Part shown: piece after piece, positions 1 through 6,910 of the stretch
Layout: every line of letters begins with the position of its first letter
How positions within the stretch are numbered: position 1 is the first letter of the stretch
Origin: a virus
Taxonomy: Duplodnaviria; Caudoviricetes
DNA: 36,643 nucleotides
Direction: 5' to 3' (one strand)
IMG/VR virus record: IMGVR_UViG_3300005805_000225
Coordinates: 1-36,643 of that record
The notes under the pieces: model-generated
Told to the model about the DNA's origin: nothing
What the model saw: only the letters and a program-made list of their open reading frames with translations
Database searches by the model: none
Made by a program: the position numbers and the translations under genes

Positions 1-1
1 G

Positions 2-979
2 CCAGAGTGTAACCCATTGCTCTGGGTCTTCGTGGGTTTCGAGTAGAGCTGGCATAGCCAGATATGTCCAAGGGACCTGACCACCTGGGTAGCGATCTGG
101 GGAACGTAGTTCCTTGTATAAATCTACAGCGGCAACACGAGTGCCGATAATAATTAACTTACCGGTAGGGTTAAGACGAGACCTAACATCCTGCTGGAGC
201 CACTTAATCTGCTTTTCAAAGTCATTGGCGTTAGATAAAGTTACTGCGTCATCTACGATGATCATATCGGCACGTTTACCGTATATCTGACCGCCGATAC
301 CTACGGCCTCTAGGTTGGGGTCCTTTTCGCTAGATTCGCGTAGTTCCTCACCAAAGGTAACTCGGTTAGCCTGCCAAGAGGCTGTCTTGGTATTAAAGCC
401 CACACCGGCTGCATAAGCATTCTGAAGCTCTTCATACATTGGGTGGGTAAGGCGCTGCTTGATAGCGTAGAGAAAATCAGCCGCTAGGCGCTGAGTCTGT
501 GAGACTATCAGGATTCTAAAGTTGGGGTTGTTAACTATCTTATAGGTGGCATAGTCAACGGTAATCGTAATTGACTTGGCGTGGTTCGGTGGGATGTTAA
601 CTAGGATGCGGTTATCTGCAATACCCTTTTCGTACTTCATCGACTGGTGAAACCAGGATGGGTCCCTACCTTCAATCACATCTACCAGGTTCATCTGGTG
701 AGGGAAGGTCTCTTGCTTTAGGTACTTTAGGCGCCAAGTCTTAAAGTCTAAATTCTTAGCGGTCTCTTCGGTGTAATTCTTCTCTAGAGACCCTAGCCTA
801 GTTCTGTCAGCTAAGGACTTAAAGGCTGGGTCGGAGCGACGGTAGTACTCATAGGTCTTGACTGATTTGCCTGCAACTATGCAGGCTTGCTCTACAGTAG
901 AGCCTTCAGCCATAGCCGCGAGAATTGTCTTCTTAGCCTTCTCGCTAGCTTTAGACCTCGTTGGGTTGGGTGTGTACAC
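2..979 (-). CDS. terL: Terminase large subunit (N-terminal part; runs off the left edge) with an N-terminal HTH extension
   Basis: Not in the ORF track; translated by hand from GTG at 979 (overlapping the upstream TAG): MYTPNPTRSKASEKAKKTILAAMAEGSTVEQACIVAGKSVKTYEYYRRSDPAF...; Walker A-like RILVNIPPNHAKS, GIGGQIYGKRAD, Walker B MIIVDD, motif III LIIIGT; open to the window edge. Confidence 0.93.
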   Translation of the reverse strand, partial: MYTPNPTRSKASEKAKKTILAAMAEGSTVEQACIVAGKSVKTYEYYRRSDPAFKSLADRTRLGSLEKNYTEETAKNLDFKTWRLKYLKQETFPHQMNLVDVIEGRDPSWFHQSMKYEKGIADNRILVNIPPNHAKSITITVDYATYKIVNNPNFRILIVSQTQRLAADFLYAIKQRLTHPMYEELQNAYAAGVGFNTKTASWQANRVTFGEELRESSEKDPNLEAVGIGGQIYGKRADMIIVDDAVTLSNANDFEKQIKWLQQDVRSRLNPTGKLIIIGTRVAAVDLYKELRSPDRYPGGQVPWTYLAMPALLETHEDPEQWVTLW

Positions 980-1326
980 TATTTCTTTTTCTTAGACTCC
1001 CGTCTTGCAATAGCAGAGACGCGGTTATAGGTACGCTCACGGTCTGACCTCATTTGGGTAACTTGACCCTTAGCCCTCTTAATAGCCTTACGTTGTTTTG
1101 GGGTATAGGCAGGTTCATAGACATCTACAATCTCACGTTGGTTTACACCCACGAACTTAAACCCAGCGGATTTCTTACCTTTAGGTTTACCTACGTTAGC
1201 AATCTTTTTTGCTAAGGCTTTACCGCTTTTGCCTTTGGTTTCTTGAAGTAATTTCTTGGTACGTAAGGTTTCATACTGAGCTTTAGTTAAAGGGGTACCA
1301 GAAATTATTGTCTTTCTTTTTGCCAT
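979..1326 (-). CDS. Lys/Arg-rich hypothetical protein
   Basis: 115 aa ORF, AGGAGA RBS upstream, stop overlaps the terL start. Confidence 0.75.
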   Translation of the reverse strand: MAKRKTIISGTPLTKAQYETLRTKKLLQETKGKSGKALAKKIANVGKPKGKKSAGFKFVGVNQREIVDVYEPAYTPKQRKAIKRAKGQVTQMRSDRERTYNRVSAIARRESKKKK

Positions 1327-1424
1327 TAGGTCTCCTAGATTAAACGCCGCGAGATTGATTTTCTCAATGGGATTGGAATGATCTATCAGTGGAATCTGAA
1401 GATAGACCCCTCCCCACTAAAAGA

Positions 1425-1556
1425 GGTGCGAAGCACCGCACTCGGGCTTGAGCGCCCGAGGCGACCACAGGAGCCGAGGGGTAAGTACCGTACGGTTACT
1501 AGGGGCGCGTAAGCGCCCACCGTGTCGCAAATGCTAGGGCGCGTTCGCATTTGCTC
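1425..1556 (+). other. Cluster of GC-rich hairpins with GAA/GTAA/ACA loops (single-strand-origin-like element 1)
   Basis: GGTGC-GAA-GCACC (1425-1437), CTCGGGC..GCCCGAG, GGC-GA-CC-ACA-GG-A-GCC (1460-1475), GGGCGC-GTAA-GCGCCC, GCAAATGC..GCATTTGC; partly repeated at 13774-13812. Confidence 0.55.
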
Positions 1557-1621
1557 CCTATACTGTACTAAGGCGGGAAAAAAAACGCATTTCCCGCTTT
1601 TATCGCAAAAATCTTTCCATT

Positions 1622-1637
1622 TGTGACCAACCTCACT
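1622..1637. promoter_or_regulatory. CRP/GlxR-like binding site
   Basis: TGTGA-CCAACC-TCACT, 9/10 match to TGTGA-N6-TCACA, in non-coding DNA. Confidence 0.5.
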
Positions 1638-1750
1638 TACAAAGGTATACAAAACGGACATATCGTTCACTTTAGTCGAGATATTTATTTGGGGAGTACA
1701 GGCACACCCGCCCGCCCGTTAATAACCCGGGGTGTCTTTTTTGCGCGGTT

Positions 1751-1798
1751 TGCCGGTCTTGTCCGGTCTTGTCCGGTCTTGTCTGACTTGTCCGGTTT
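1751..1798. repeat. Tandem 10-bp repeat (GTCCGGTCTT), about 4-5 partly degenerate copies
   Basis: tgccggtctt gtccggtctt gtccggtctt gtctgactt gtccggttt. Confidence 0.85.
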
Positions 1799-1987
1799 AT
1801 TTATTGAAAGCACGGGAGGGCTTGCTATCCCTCCGGCACACTTTCCCAATTCCTAACACTCTCCCAATTTAATAAACCGCCAGCGCCTACCGGATAGCTA
1901 GCGCCCTGCCGGTGATCTTCCGCCCTGCCGATCTCGCCCCTCTTATTGTTGAAAGTTCAACCAATTAAACCCGCGCTCGGGCGTGTC

Positions 1988-2007
1988 TGTGGATAAATTG
2001 TGGATAA
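1988..2007 (-). promoter_or_regulatory. Two tandem perfect DnaA boxes
   Basis: TGTGGATAA at 1988-1996 and 1999-2007 (TTATCCACA on the minus strand), 11-bp period. Confidence 0.7.
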
Positions 2008-2110
2008 CTTTGTTATGAAACTCTAAGCAATAACTAGGGGAGAGATACCCATAAAGGGTGATAGTGTGCGCCTATCGCTAGCAGATAGCTAGCGGGGAAA
2101 GGGTAAAGCA

Positions 2111-2482
2111 ATGGCAAGATCAAAAGAAGAGAAACGGGCTTTCATAGATCACTTACGCGCTAGCGCTAAGGCGCTAGGCGAAACTAATCCGGTGATCCCT
2201 AGCAATATCGGGGCGAGCTTCTCGCCTAGTAATGCGCTAATGATCCTCTTCCAGCGCCCTAGCGCGACTCAATGCGCGGGTTTCCACGCGTGGCGTGAAG
2301 CAGGGCGGGCGGTGCGTAAGGGTGCGCGAGGAATAGCGATCTTAGTTCCGCTAGGAACACGCACCGATGAAGCGGGCGAGGAAACGCCCGTGTTTAGCTG
2401 GCGATATGTCTTCGACATAGCCGACACCGATCCGCTTAATGATAGCTCGCCACGCCTAGCGCGTGAGTTAGTAGGTGCGTAA
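2111..2482 (+). CDS. ArdC-like ssDNA-binding domain protein (ArdC N-terminal/DUF1738 family), putative anti-restriction
   Basis: FSPSNALMILFQRPSATQCAGFHAWREAGRAVRKGARGIAILVP...VFDIADT fits the family pattern; GAAAGGG RBS; first early gene. Confidence 0.8.
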   Translation: MARSKEEKRAFIDHLRASAKALGETNPVIPSNIGASFSPSNALMILFQRPSATQCAGFHAWREAGRAVRKGARGIAILVPLGTRTDEAGEETPVFSWRYVFDIADTDPLNDSSPRLARELVGA

Positions 2483-2631
2483 TGTCTAAGTCAATGCGTA
2501 AAGAGTGGGCGCTAATAGATAGCGAGGGCGTGGCGTGGGTTATCGCCACCCTAAGCGATACGCGGTTGAGGGTGTTAATGCGTGAGTATCAGAAGCAAGG
2601 AATCACCCTCACGCCTAGGGCGGTGGCGTAA
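2482..2631 (+). CDS. Hypothetical protein, 49 aa
   Basis: Hand-translated MSKSMRKEWALIDSEG...RAVA; TAATG overlaps at both ends. Confidence 0.7.
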   Translation: MSKSMRKEWALIDSEGVAWVIATLSDTRLRVLMREYQKQGITLTPRAVA

Positions 2632-2813
2632 TGTCTAAGCCTATGAGCGCGGTAATGTTGATCCAATGCCTAGCCGGTGAGCTTTATACCGATCCGGCGC
2701 TATTAGTAGAAGCTATCAAGGAAGACCCCGACACCCTGGCGCTAGTGCGAGAGTATGGCGCGGGGCGTGAAGATTACGCCACGATCTTAGAGAGAGTGGG
2801 CGAGCTTATTTAG
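2631..2813 (+). CDS. Hypothetical protein, 60 aa
   Basis: ORF track; TAATG coupling to the previous gene. Confidence 0.7.
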   Translation: MSKPMSAVMLIQCLAGELYTDPALLVEAIKEDPDTLALVREYGAGREDYATILERVGELI

Positions 2814-2898
2814 CGCTTACTATGGGGGAGAGATGCTATCCTCTCCCTCGTGGTATCCGCTAGCAAGGCGCTAGAGGATAAACGAAAGGGAAAAGAGA

Positions 2899-3426
2899 AT
2901 GGAAAGAGTAAGGCTGACCTGTGCGGAAACCGCTAAATTGATCCGCGCCGACTTAAAGGCAAACTATCCGCTAACGAAATTCAGTGTTAAGTCTGACACT
3001 TATTCCGGTGGCGCTTCTATCCGTGTTCGCTGGACGGACGGGGAAACTGTCGAGGAAATCGAGCGCCTAGTTAAGAAATACGAGGGCGCTTCTTTTGACG
3101 GAATGATAGACCTAAAGTCATATAACGAGCCGACACTAATGGCATTCGCGGGGCAGGATGCGCCGGTGCTGGTGTCTTTCGGTGCTGACTATGTATTCAC
3201 CGACCGCGATCTCTCGCCGGAATATATCGAGCAACTATCGAAAGAAGCTCAAAGAGTGCTGGACGATAATCAAGCAACATCGGGGCAGGTATTCGATTAC
3301 AAGGAGTTTAACAGTATGGAGAGTCTAGCGACCGGCTTTGGCGTGGTTGCTTATCCGGTGAGCGGATATTCTCTCGTGCGCTTCCTTTCTCGCCATATCA
3401 AACCAAACGCGAAAGTGGGCGCGTAA
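2899..3426 (+). CDS. LPD29 (large polyvalent protein-associated domain 29) protein
   Basis: TAKLIRADLKANYPLTKFSVKSDTYSGGASIRVRWTDG...FDGMIDL...FGADYVF fits LPD29; CGAAAGGG RBS. Confidence 0.75.
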   Translation: MERVRLTCAETAKLIRADLKANYPLTKFSVKSDTYSGGASIRVRWTDGETVEEIERLVKKYEGASFDGMIDLKSYNEPTLMAFAGQDAPVLVSFGADYVFTDRDLSPEYIEQLSKEAQRVLDDNQATSGQVFDYKEFNSMESLATGFGVVAYPVSGYSLVRFLSRHIKPNAKVGA

Positions 3427-3758
3427 TGAATACGGAAAAGAAGATAAAGCGATCCCTATTTATTGAGGGGCGCGAGTGGTTTGACAAAGTGAACGGAAAT
3501 TCTTACTTTTCCGCAAGGATATGGGTAGACGGGGGGCAGGTTGCGATCCTTACTTTCCAATATGGATACGGAGAACAGTATCTATTCGAGGCTCATCGAA
3601 AACTTATCGAACTCGGCTATTTAGAGGAAGGGGAGTTTATGCGCTCGCTTTGGTCTATCGCTGAAGAGTTAGGGTTTGACTTTTATTCCTCAAAGTCCAG
3701 CGCTAAGAAGTCTGAAATGTTTAAGAAGTATCCAAACTATGAGGAGAGGATCGCGTAA
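3426..3758 (+). CDS. Hypothetical protein, 110 aa
   Basis: ORF track; TAATG coupling at both ends. Confidence 0.8.
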   Translation: MNTEKKIKRSLFIEGREWFDKVNGNSYFSARIWVDGGQVAILTFQYGYGEQYLFEAHRKLIELGYLEEGEFMRSLWSIAEELGFDFYSSKSSAKKSEMFKKYPNYEERIA

Positions 3759-4024
3759 TGAGTCACGCAATAGACGAGTGCGAGTTAAGCACCGCAACAC
3801 TAGACGAGTGCGATCAATGCGGGGAATTAACCGCGTGTATCTGCCTAGGTGCGTTTATAGATGAGTGGGAGATAGAAGCCACCGGCTTAGACGGGTGGAT
3901 GAGCTTCCGCTACCAATACAAGGAGAAGGGGAGTCTAATCGGGCGTTTCGGTTATGCCTCAACCTACCGCGAGGCTATGGACAACATCGCCCACGCGGTA
4001 ATATGCGAAAGAGAGGGCGAGTAG
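3758..4024 (+). CDS. Hypothetical Cys-containing acidic protein, 88 aa
   Basis: ORF track; CDQC..CIC; coupled. Confidence 0.7.
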   Translation: MSHAIDECELSTATLDECDQCGELTACICLGAFIDEWEIEATGLDGWMSFRYQYKEKGSLIGRFGYASTYREAMDNIAHAVICEREGE

Positions 4025-4173
4025 TGTTCGAGATCGGTTTAGAGTGGTGGAGGGGGGCGCTTCAATGCCTAGTCTATGGCGTGGTTATTGTTGCGATCTG
4101 CTGGCTATTGACTAAGATAGATTTACCGGATAGGGGAGAGTCTCCTATCGGCAAAGAGAAAGGGAAAGAGTAA
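4024..4173 (+). CDS. Small single-pass membrane protein, 49 aa
   Basis: GTG start overlapping TAG; hydrophobic ALQCLVYGVVIVAICWLL; 3' part of track ORF 3865..4173. Confidence 0.6.
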   Translation: MFEIGLEWWRGALQCLVYGVVIVAICWLLTKIDLPDRGESPIGKEKGKE

Positions 4174-4478
4174 TGAAAACGAGTGAACTGTTGGGAGGAA
4201 GTGTTAGCCCGTACAAGGAAGCATTAGAGTGGGGAGGAGAGCCTAGCGAAAGAATAAGACAAGGGCAGATGATAAGAATAACCCGCGAAGGCTTAAAACC
4301 TAAGACCGGCTACGCCTACAAGGAAGAGAACTGTTGGTTAGGTATTAGGTACACCTGGCGAAGTAGTAGGTGGTGGAGTTTGCTTAACTACAATAACCCT
4401 TTAACGAAGTTAGAAGCAAAAGAGTTAGACGGACAAGGGAAAGAGTATTGGGTGACACTATGGGAAAGGGTGAGGTAA
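4173..4478 (+). CDS. Hypothetical protein, 101 aa
   Basis: ORF track; GAAAGGG RBS; TAATG coupling. Confidence 0.8.
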   Translation: MKTSELLGGSVSPYKEALEWGGEPSERIRQGQMIRITREGLKPKTGYAYKEENCWLGIRYTWRSSRWWSLLNYNNPLTKLEAKELDGQGKEYWVTLWERVR

Positions 4479-4597
4479 TGAGAGAGGCTGAAGAAATACC
4501 CGCTAAATATGCTAAATGGATATGGGATTTGATAGACCAATTAGCCTTGGCAAGAGTACGGATCAAAGAACTAGAGGAAGAGAAAGGGAAAGAATAG
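4478..4597 (+). CDS. Hypothetical protein, 39 aa
   Basis: Hand-translated MREAEEIPAKYAKWIWDLIDQLALARVRIKELEEEKGKE; GAAAGGG RBS; coupled at both ends. Confidence 0.65.
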   Translation: MREAEEIPAKYAKWIWDLIDQLALARVRIKELEEEKGKE

Positions 4598-4731
4598 TGG
4601 AAGAGATACTAAACCCTGCTAAGTGTATAGACTGTGGGGAAATCTACGAGTTAGACGGGTTAGACCTAGACCTCCGGTGCGAGGACTGCGTAGAACAATG
4701 GGAGATAGACGAATTAGAAGGGAAAGAGTAA
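4597..4731 (+). CDS. CxxC..CxxC Zn-finger microprotein, 44 aa
   Basis: GTG start with GAAAGGG RBS; CIDC...CEDC. Confidence 0.65.
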   Translation: MEEILNPAKCIDCGEIYELDGLDLDLRCEDCVEQWEIDELEGKE

Positions 4732-4859
4732 TGAATGAAGAACAATGCCGACTTTGTGGCTATTGGGTAGATGAGGGTGGTTTATCTTCTCGTGGCTTCT
4801 GTGGAATATGTCAAACCGCTTTCGAGGCAGGGCTAAGTGAAGGGAGTAAAAATGCCTAG
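4731..4859 (+). CDS. CxxC..CxxC Zn-finger microprotein, 42 aa
   Basis: MNEEQCRLC...CGIC; GAAGGG RBS; TAATG coupling. Confidence 0.65.
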   Translation: MNEEQCRLCGYWVDEGGLSSRGFCGICQTAFEAGLSEGSKNA

Positions 4860-4995
4860 ATATAACTTTGAGGTAGTGAAGAGCTATCAAGTCACCGCCG
4901 GATCAAAAGAGGAGGCGCTGGAGATGATTAACTCTGAGCAGGAATACGACTACCTAGTGAGCGAGGAATGGGGAGAAGTGATCGTCAGTGACTAG
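4852..4995 (+). CDS. Acidic hypothetical protein, 47 aa
   Basis: Hand-translated MPRYNFEVVKSYQVTAGSKEEALEMINSEQEYDYLVSEEWGEVIVSD; GAAGGGAG RBS. Confidence 0.65.
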   Translation: MPRYNFEVVKSYQVTAGSKEEALEMINSEQEYDYLVSEEWGEVIVSD

Positions 4996-5079
4996 TGATT
5001 TACTTTGTCAAGTATCCTCGACTTTCGGGAGTGTCGCCGTTTGCGATCTGCCAAAATTGGATACCAGCAAAAGTCACTT

Positions 5080-5088
5080 TGATACAAT
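5080..5088 (+). promoter_or_regulatory. Extended -10 promoter (TGA-TACAAT)
   Basis: In the intergenic gap 4996-5127, upstream of a hairpin and GAAAGGG RBS. Confidence 0.55.
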
Positions 5089-5127
5089 AGGGGAGTGCCA
5101 CCAAGTCGGTGACACAGAAAGGGAAAG

Positions 5128-5298
5128 ATGACTCACAAGATAATCGCTGAAGTGCTACACCAATATAAGGAAGGTATGGGTGGGGCGTGGTTCTCAGACC
5201 TGATAAATGAAATGGCGACTCGGCTATACCTAGAAGATGACCGATTCGACATAGATCAATTCATCAACGAGTGCCAAAGGGGGAGAGCTAATGTCTGA
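5128..5298 (+). CDS. Hypothetical protein, 56 aa
   Basis: Hand-translated MTHKIIAEVLHQYKEG...EDDRFDIDQFINECQRGRANV; GAAAGGG RBS. Confidence 0.7.
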   Translation: MTHKIIAEVLHQYKEGMGGAWFSDLINEMATRLYLEDDRFDIDQFINECQRGRANV

Positions 5299-5410
5299 GA
5301 AGGAAGAGCAAGAGTGGAACCCTGAACTCTGCTGGCGGTGTCAGAAGAGACCAAGGCGACACTATGAAAGCAAGTATTGTCAGAAGTGTAAGGACTGGTT
5401 GAAATCATAA
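5291..5410 (+). CDS. CxxC..CxxC Zn-finger microprotein, 39 aa
   Basis: MSEKEEQEWNPELCWRC...YCQKCKDWLKS; AAAGGGGG RBS. Confidence 0.6.
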   Translation: MSEKEEQEWNPELCWRCQKRPRRHYESKYCQKCKDWLKS

Positions 5411-5526
5411 TGAATTGCGATCTTTGCTTCACTTATGGAGTCCAAACAATATCAACCTCAATAAAAGGAGAAAGGGTAGAAGTATGTTTCAAGTGTATGG
5501 AGGAGAGAAGTAATGCGCGAGTATGA
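5410..5526 (+). CDS. CxxC..CxxC Zn-finger microprotein, 38 aa
   Basis: MNCDLC...VCFKC; TAATG coupling. Confidence 0.6.
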   Translation: MNCDLCFTYGVQTISTSIKGERVEVCFKCMEERSNARV

Positions 5527-5713
5527 ATATGAAGTGACCTTCTTTGGATCGCATTGGAAAGCTTCCGTTTATGTCTATCACGAGTTAGACATAGAGGAAG
5601 GGGAGGAGGAACGCGACAAGGTTCAAGGGTGGGCAGAAGGCGTAGCCGATCAGTTAGGACTTGGACTTGGCGATTTCCACGAGGTAGTCATTACGAAAGT
5701 GGCGACCCTATGA
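5513..5713 (+). CDS. Acidic hypothetical protein, 66 aa
   Basis: ORF track; GGAGGAG RBS. Confidence 0.7.
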   Translation: MREYEYEVTFFGSHWKASVYVYHELDIEEGEEERDKVQGWAEGVADQLGLGLGDFHEVVITKVATL

Positions 5714-5874
5714 AGTGCGGAGTATGCCAGCAACATTATGGCGAGTTAATGATTCCTCACGCCGAAGTGTGCGAGGATGATAGAAAAGCACCGGCGCAGA
5801 GATACTCGCCGGAGAAAACAATAAACGACATCAAAAGAGAAAGGGATGAAAATGAAGGTCACAATTACAGATAG
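5710..5874 (+). CDS. Putative Zn-finger microprotein (CxxC..H..C), 54 aa
   Basis: ATGA overlap; MKCGVC...HAEVC; 3' part of track ORF 5554..5874. Confidence 0.6.
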   Translation: MKCGVCQQHYGELMIPHAEVCEDDRKAPAQRYSPEKTINDIKRERDENEGHNYR

Positions 5875-6127
5875 AGAGATACACAGTTATAGCCTAGATG
5901 TAATGGTAGAAGTTGAGGGCAGAAAAGATCGGGTAAAGATTTACTACGATCCGCAAGACGGCTATGAATTATTATTCTTTGACTCAACGGGCAGGATAGG
6001 AAGTAAGCCTCAATGGGCAATAGATTATGAAGAGAACAGTAGCAGTTGGGATTCTCTAGGCTATTGGCTAGAGGAGCAGGCTAACGGGCGTTGGGTTTGG
6101 ACAGATAAGGAGGAAAGTAATGTCTAA
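5852..6127 (+). CDS. Acidic hypothetical protein
   Basis: ORF track; start chosen from spacing to GAAAGGG at 5839-5845. Confidence 0.75.
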   Translation: MKVTITDREIHSYSLDVMVEVEGRKDRVKIYYDPQDGYELLFFDSTGRIGSKPQWAIDYEENSSSWDSLGYWLEEQANGRWVWTDKEESNV

Positions 6128-6281
6128 TCAACTAACAACAGAGGAACAGATAGCCTTGATCATAAAGGCGACAAAGCTAGGCAAGAGAGCCAAAGTCCGG
6201 CGAAACCTTGTCTATATGAAGACAGCACTCGGCGCGACCCTCGTGCCGGTAGAAGTGGAGGATGAAGATGAAGTTAATTAA
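6120..6281 (+). CDS. Hypothetical protein, 53 aa
   Basis: Hand-translated MSNQLTTEEQIALIIKATKLGKRAK...; AAGGAGG RBS. Confidence 0.65.
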   Translation: MSNQLTTEEQIALIIKATKLGKRAKVRRNLVYMKTALGATLVPVEVEDEDEVN

Positions 6282-6558
6282 ATTCTATGAGGTATGCGAT
6301 CCCCAGGATAACGCGGTATGGGGAGGGACTAGCACTATCGAGGCGCTGGAGTGGTTTCGCAGGGCGCTAGACCGGAAGGTCTATGTAAGTGTATGGGATG
6401 AGGAAGACCCTGAAGAGCCTCGCCTAGTCACCGACAAGATAGAAGTGACTCCTATTATGAGAACCTGCCTAGCTTTTACCTTAAATAATACCTTTAATCC
6501 TAAATCTACTAAACCTTGGGATGAAGGAAAGACTAAACAATGGAGGAAGTTTCAATGA
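6262..6558 (+). CDS. Hypothetical protein, ~96-98 aa
   Basis: ORF track; GGAGG upstream of the second ATG (6268). Confidence 0.75.
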   Translation: MKMKLIKFYEVCDPQDNAVWGGTSTIEALEWFRRALDRKVYVSVWDEEDPEEPRLVTDKIEVTPIMRTCLAFTLNNTFNPKSTKPWDEGKTKQWRKFQ

Positions 6559-6632
6559 TGATGCTTGGGGTAATCCTTATGTGTCTGATAGCCTATGTCC
6601 TATTATGTATGGAGGGAGATAACGAGTGGTAG
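6555..6632 (+). CDS. Tiny hydrophobic peptide, 25 aa
   Basis: MMMLGVILMCLIAYVLLCMEGDNEW; GGAGG RBS; fills the gap between neighbours. Confidence 0.5.
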   Translation: MMMLGVILMCLIAYVLLCMEGDNEW

Positions 6633-6910
6633 ATGTAGAGAGGCGGATAAAGACCGCCACTACCCACGCAGTAAGGCAACGCAACTACCGGAGGCAGAGA
6701 GATCGAGCGCTAAGACGCTTAGGTAATCTCTACCCCGACCAATACCGAGAATTATTGGAGGAGGAGAGGGCGCGAGATGAAGCTGAGGGTAAAGTTTGGC
6801 TTGATATTAGTGGCAGGACTAACGCTAACTTGGGCGCACCAACCCCAAGCAAGGCAAGTCAAACTGCCAACGGACTTGGTAATAGTAGCGAAGAAGGCGA
6901 GCTGGGATGA
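6626..6910 (+). CDS. Hypothetical Arg-rich helical protein, 94 aa
   Basis: ORF track; GGAGGGAG RBS; overlaps the next gene by 134 nt. Confidence 0.65.
   Translation: MVDVERRIKTATTHAVRQRNYRRQRDRALRRLGNLYPDQYRELLEEERARDEAEGKVWLDISGRTNANLGAPTPSKASQTANGLGNSSEEGELG

Noticed and set aside
1386-1856. Track ORFs 1386..1670 (-) and 1623..1856 (+)
   Set aside because: They cross hairpins, tandem repeats and regulatory words, lack a convincing RBS and show no protein-like motifs.
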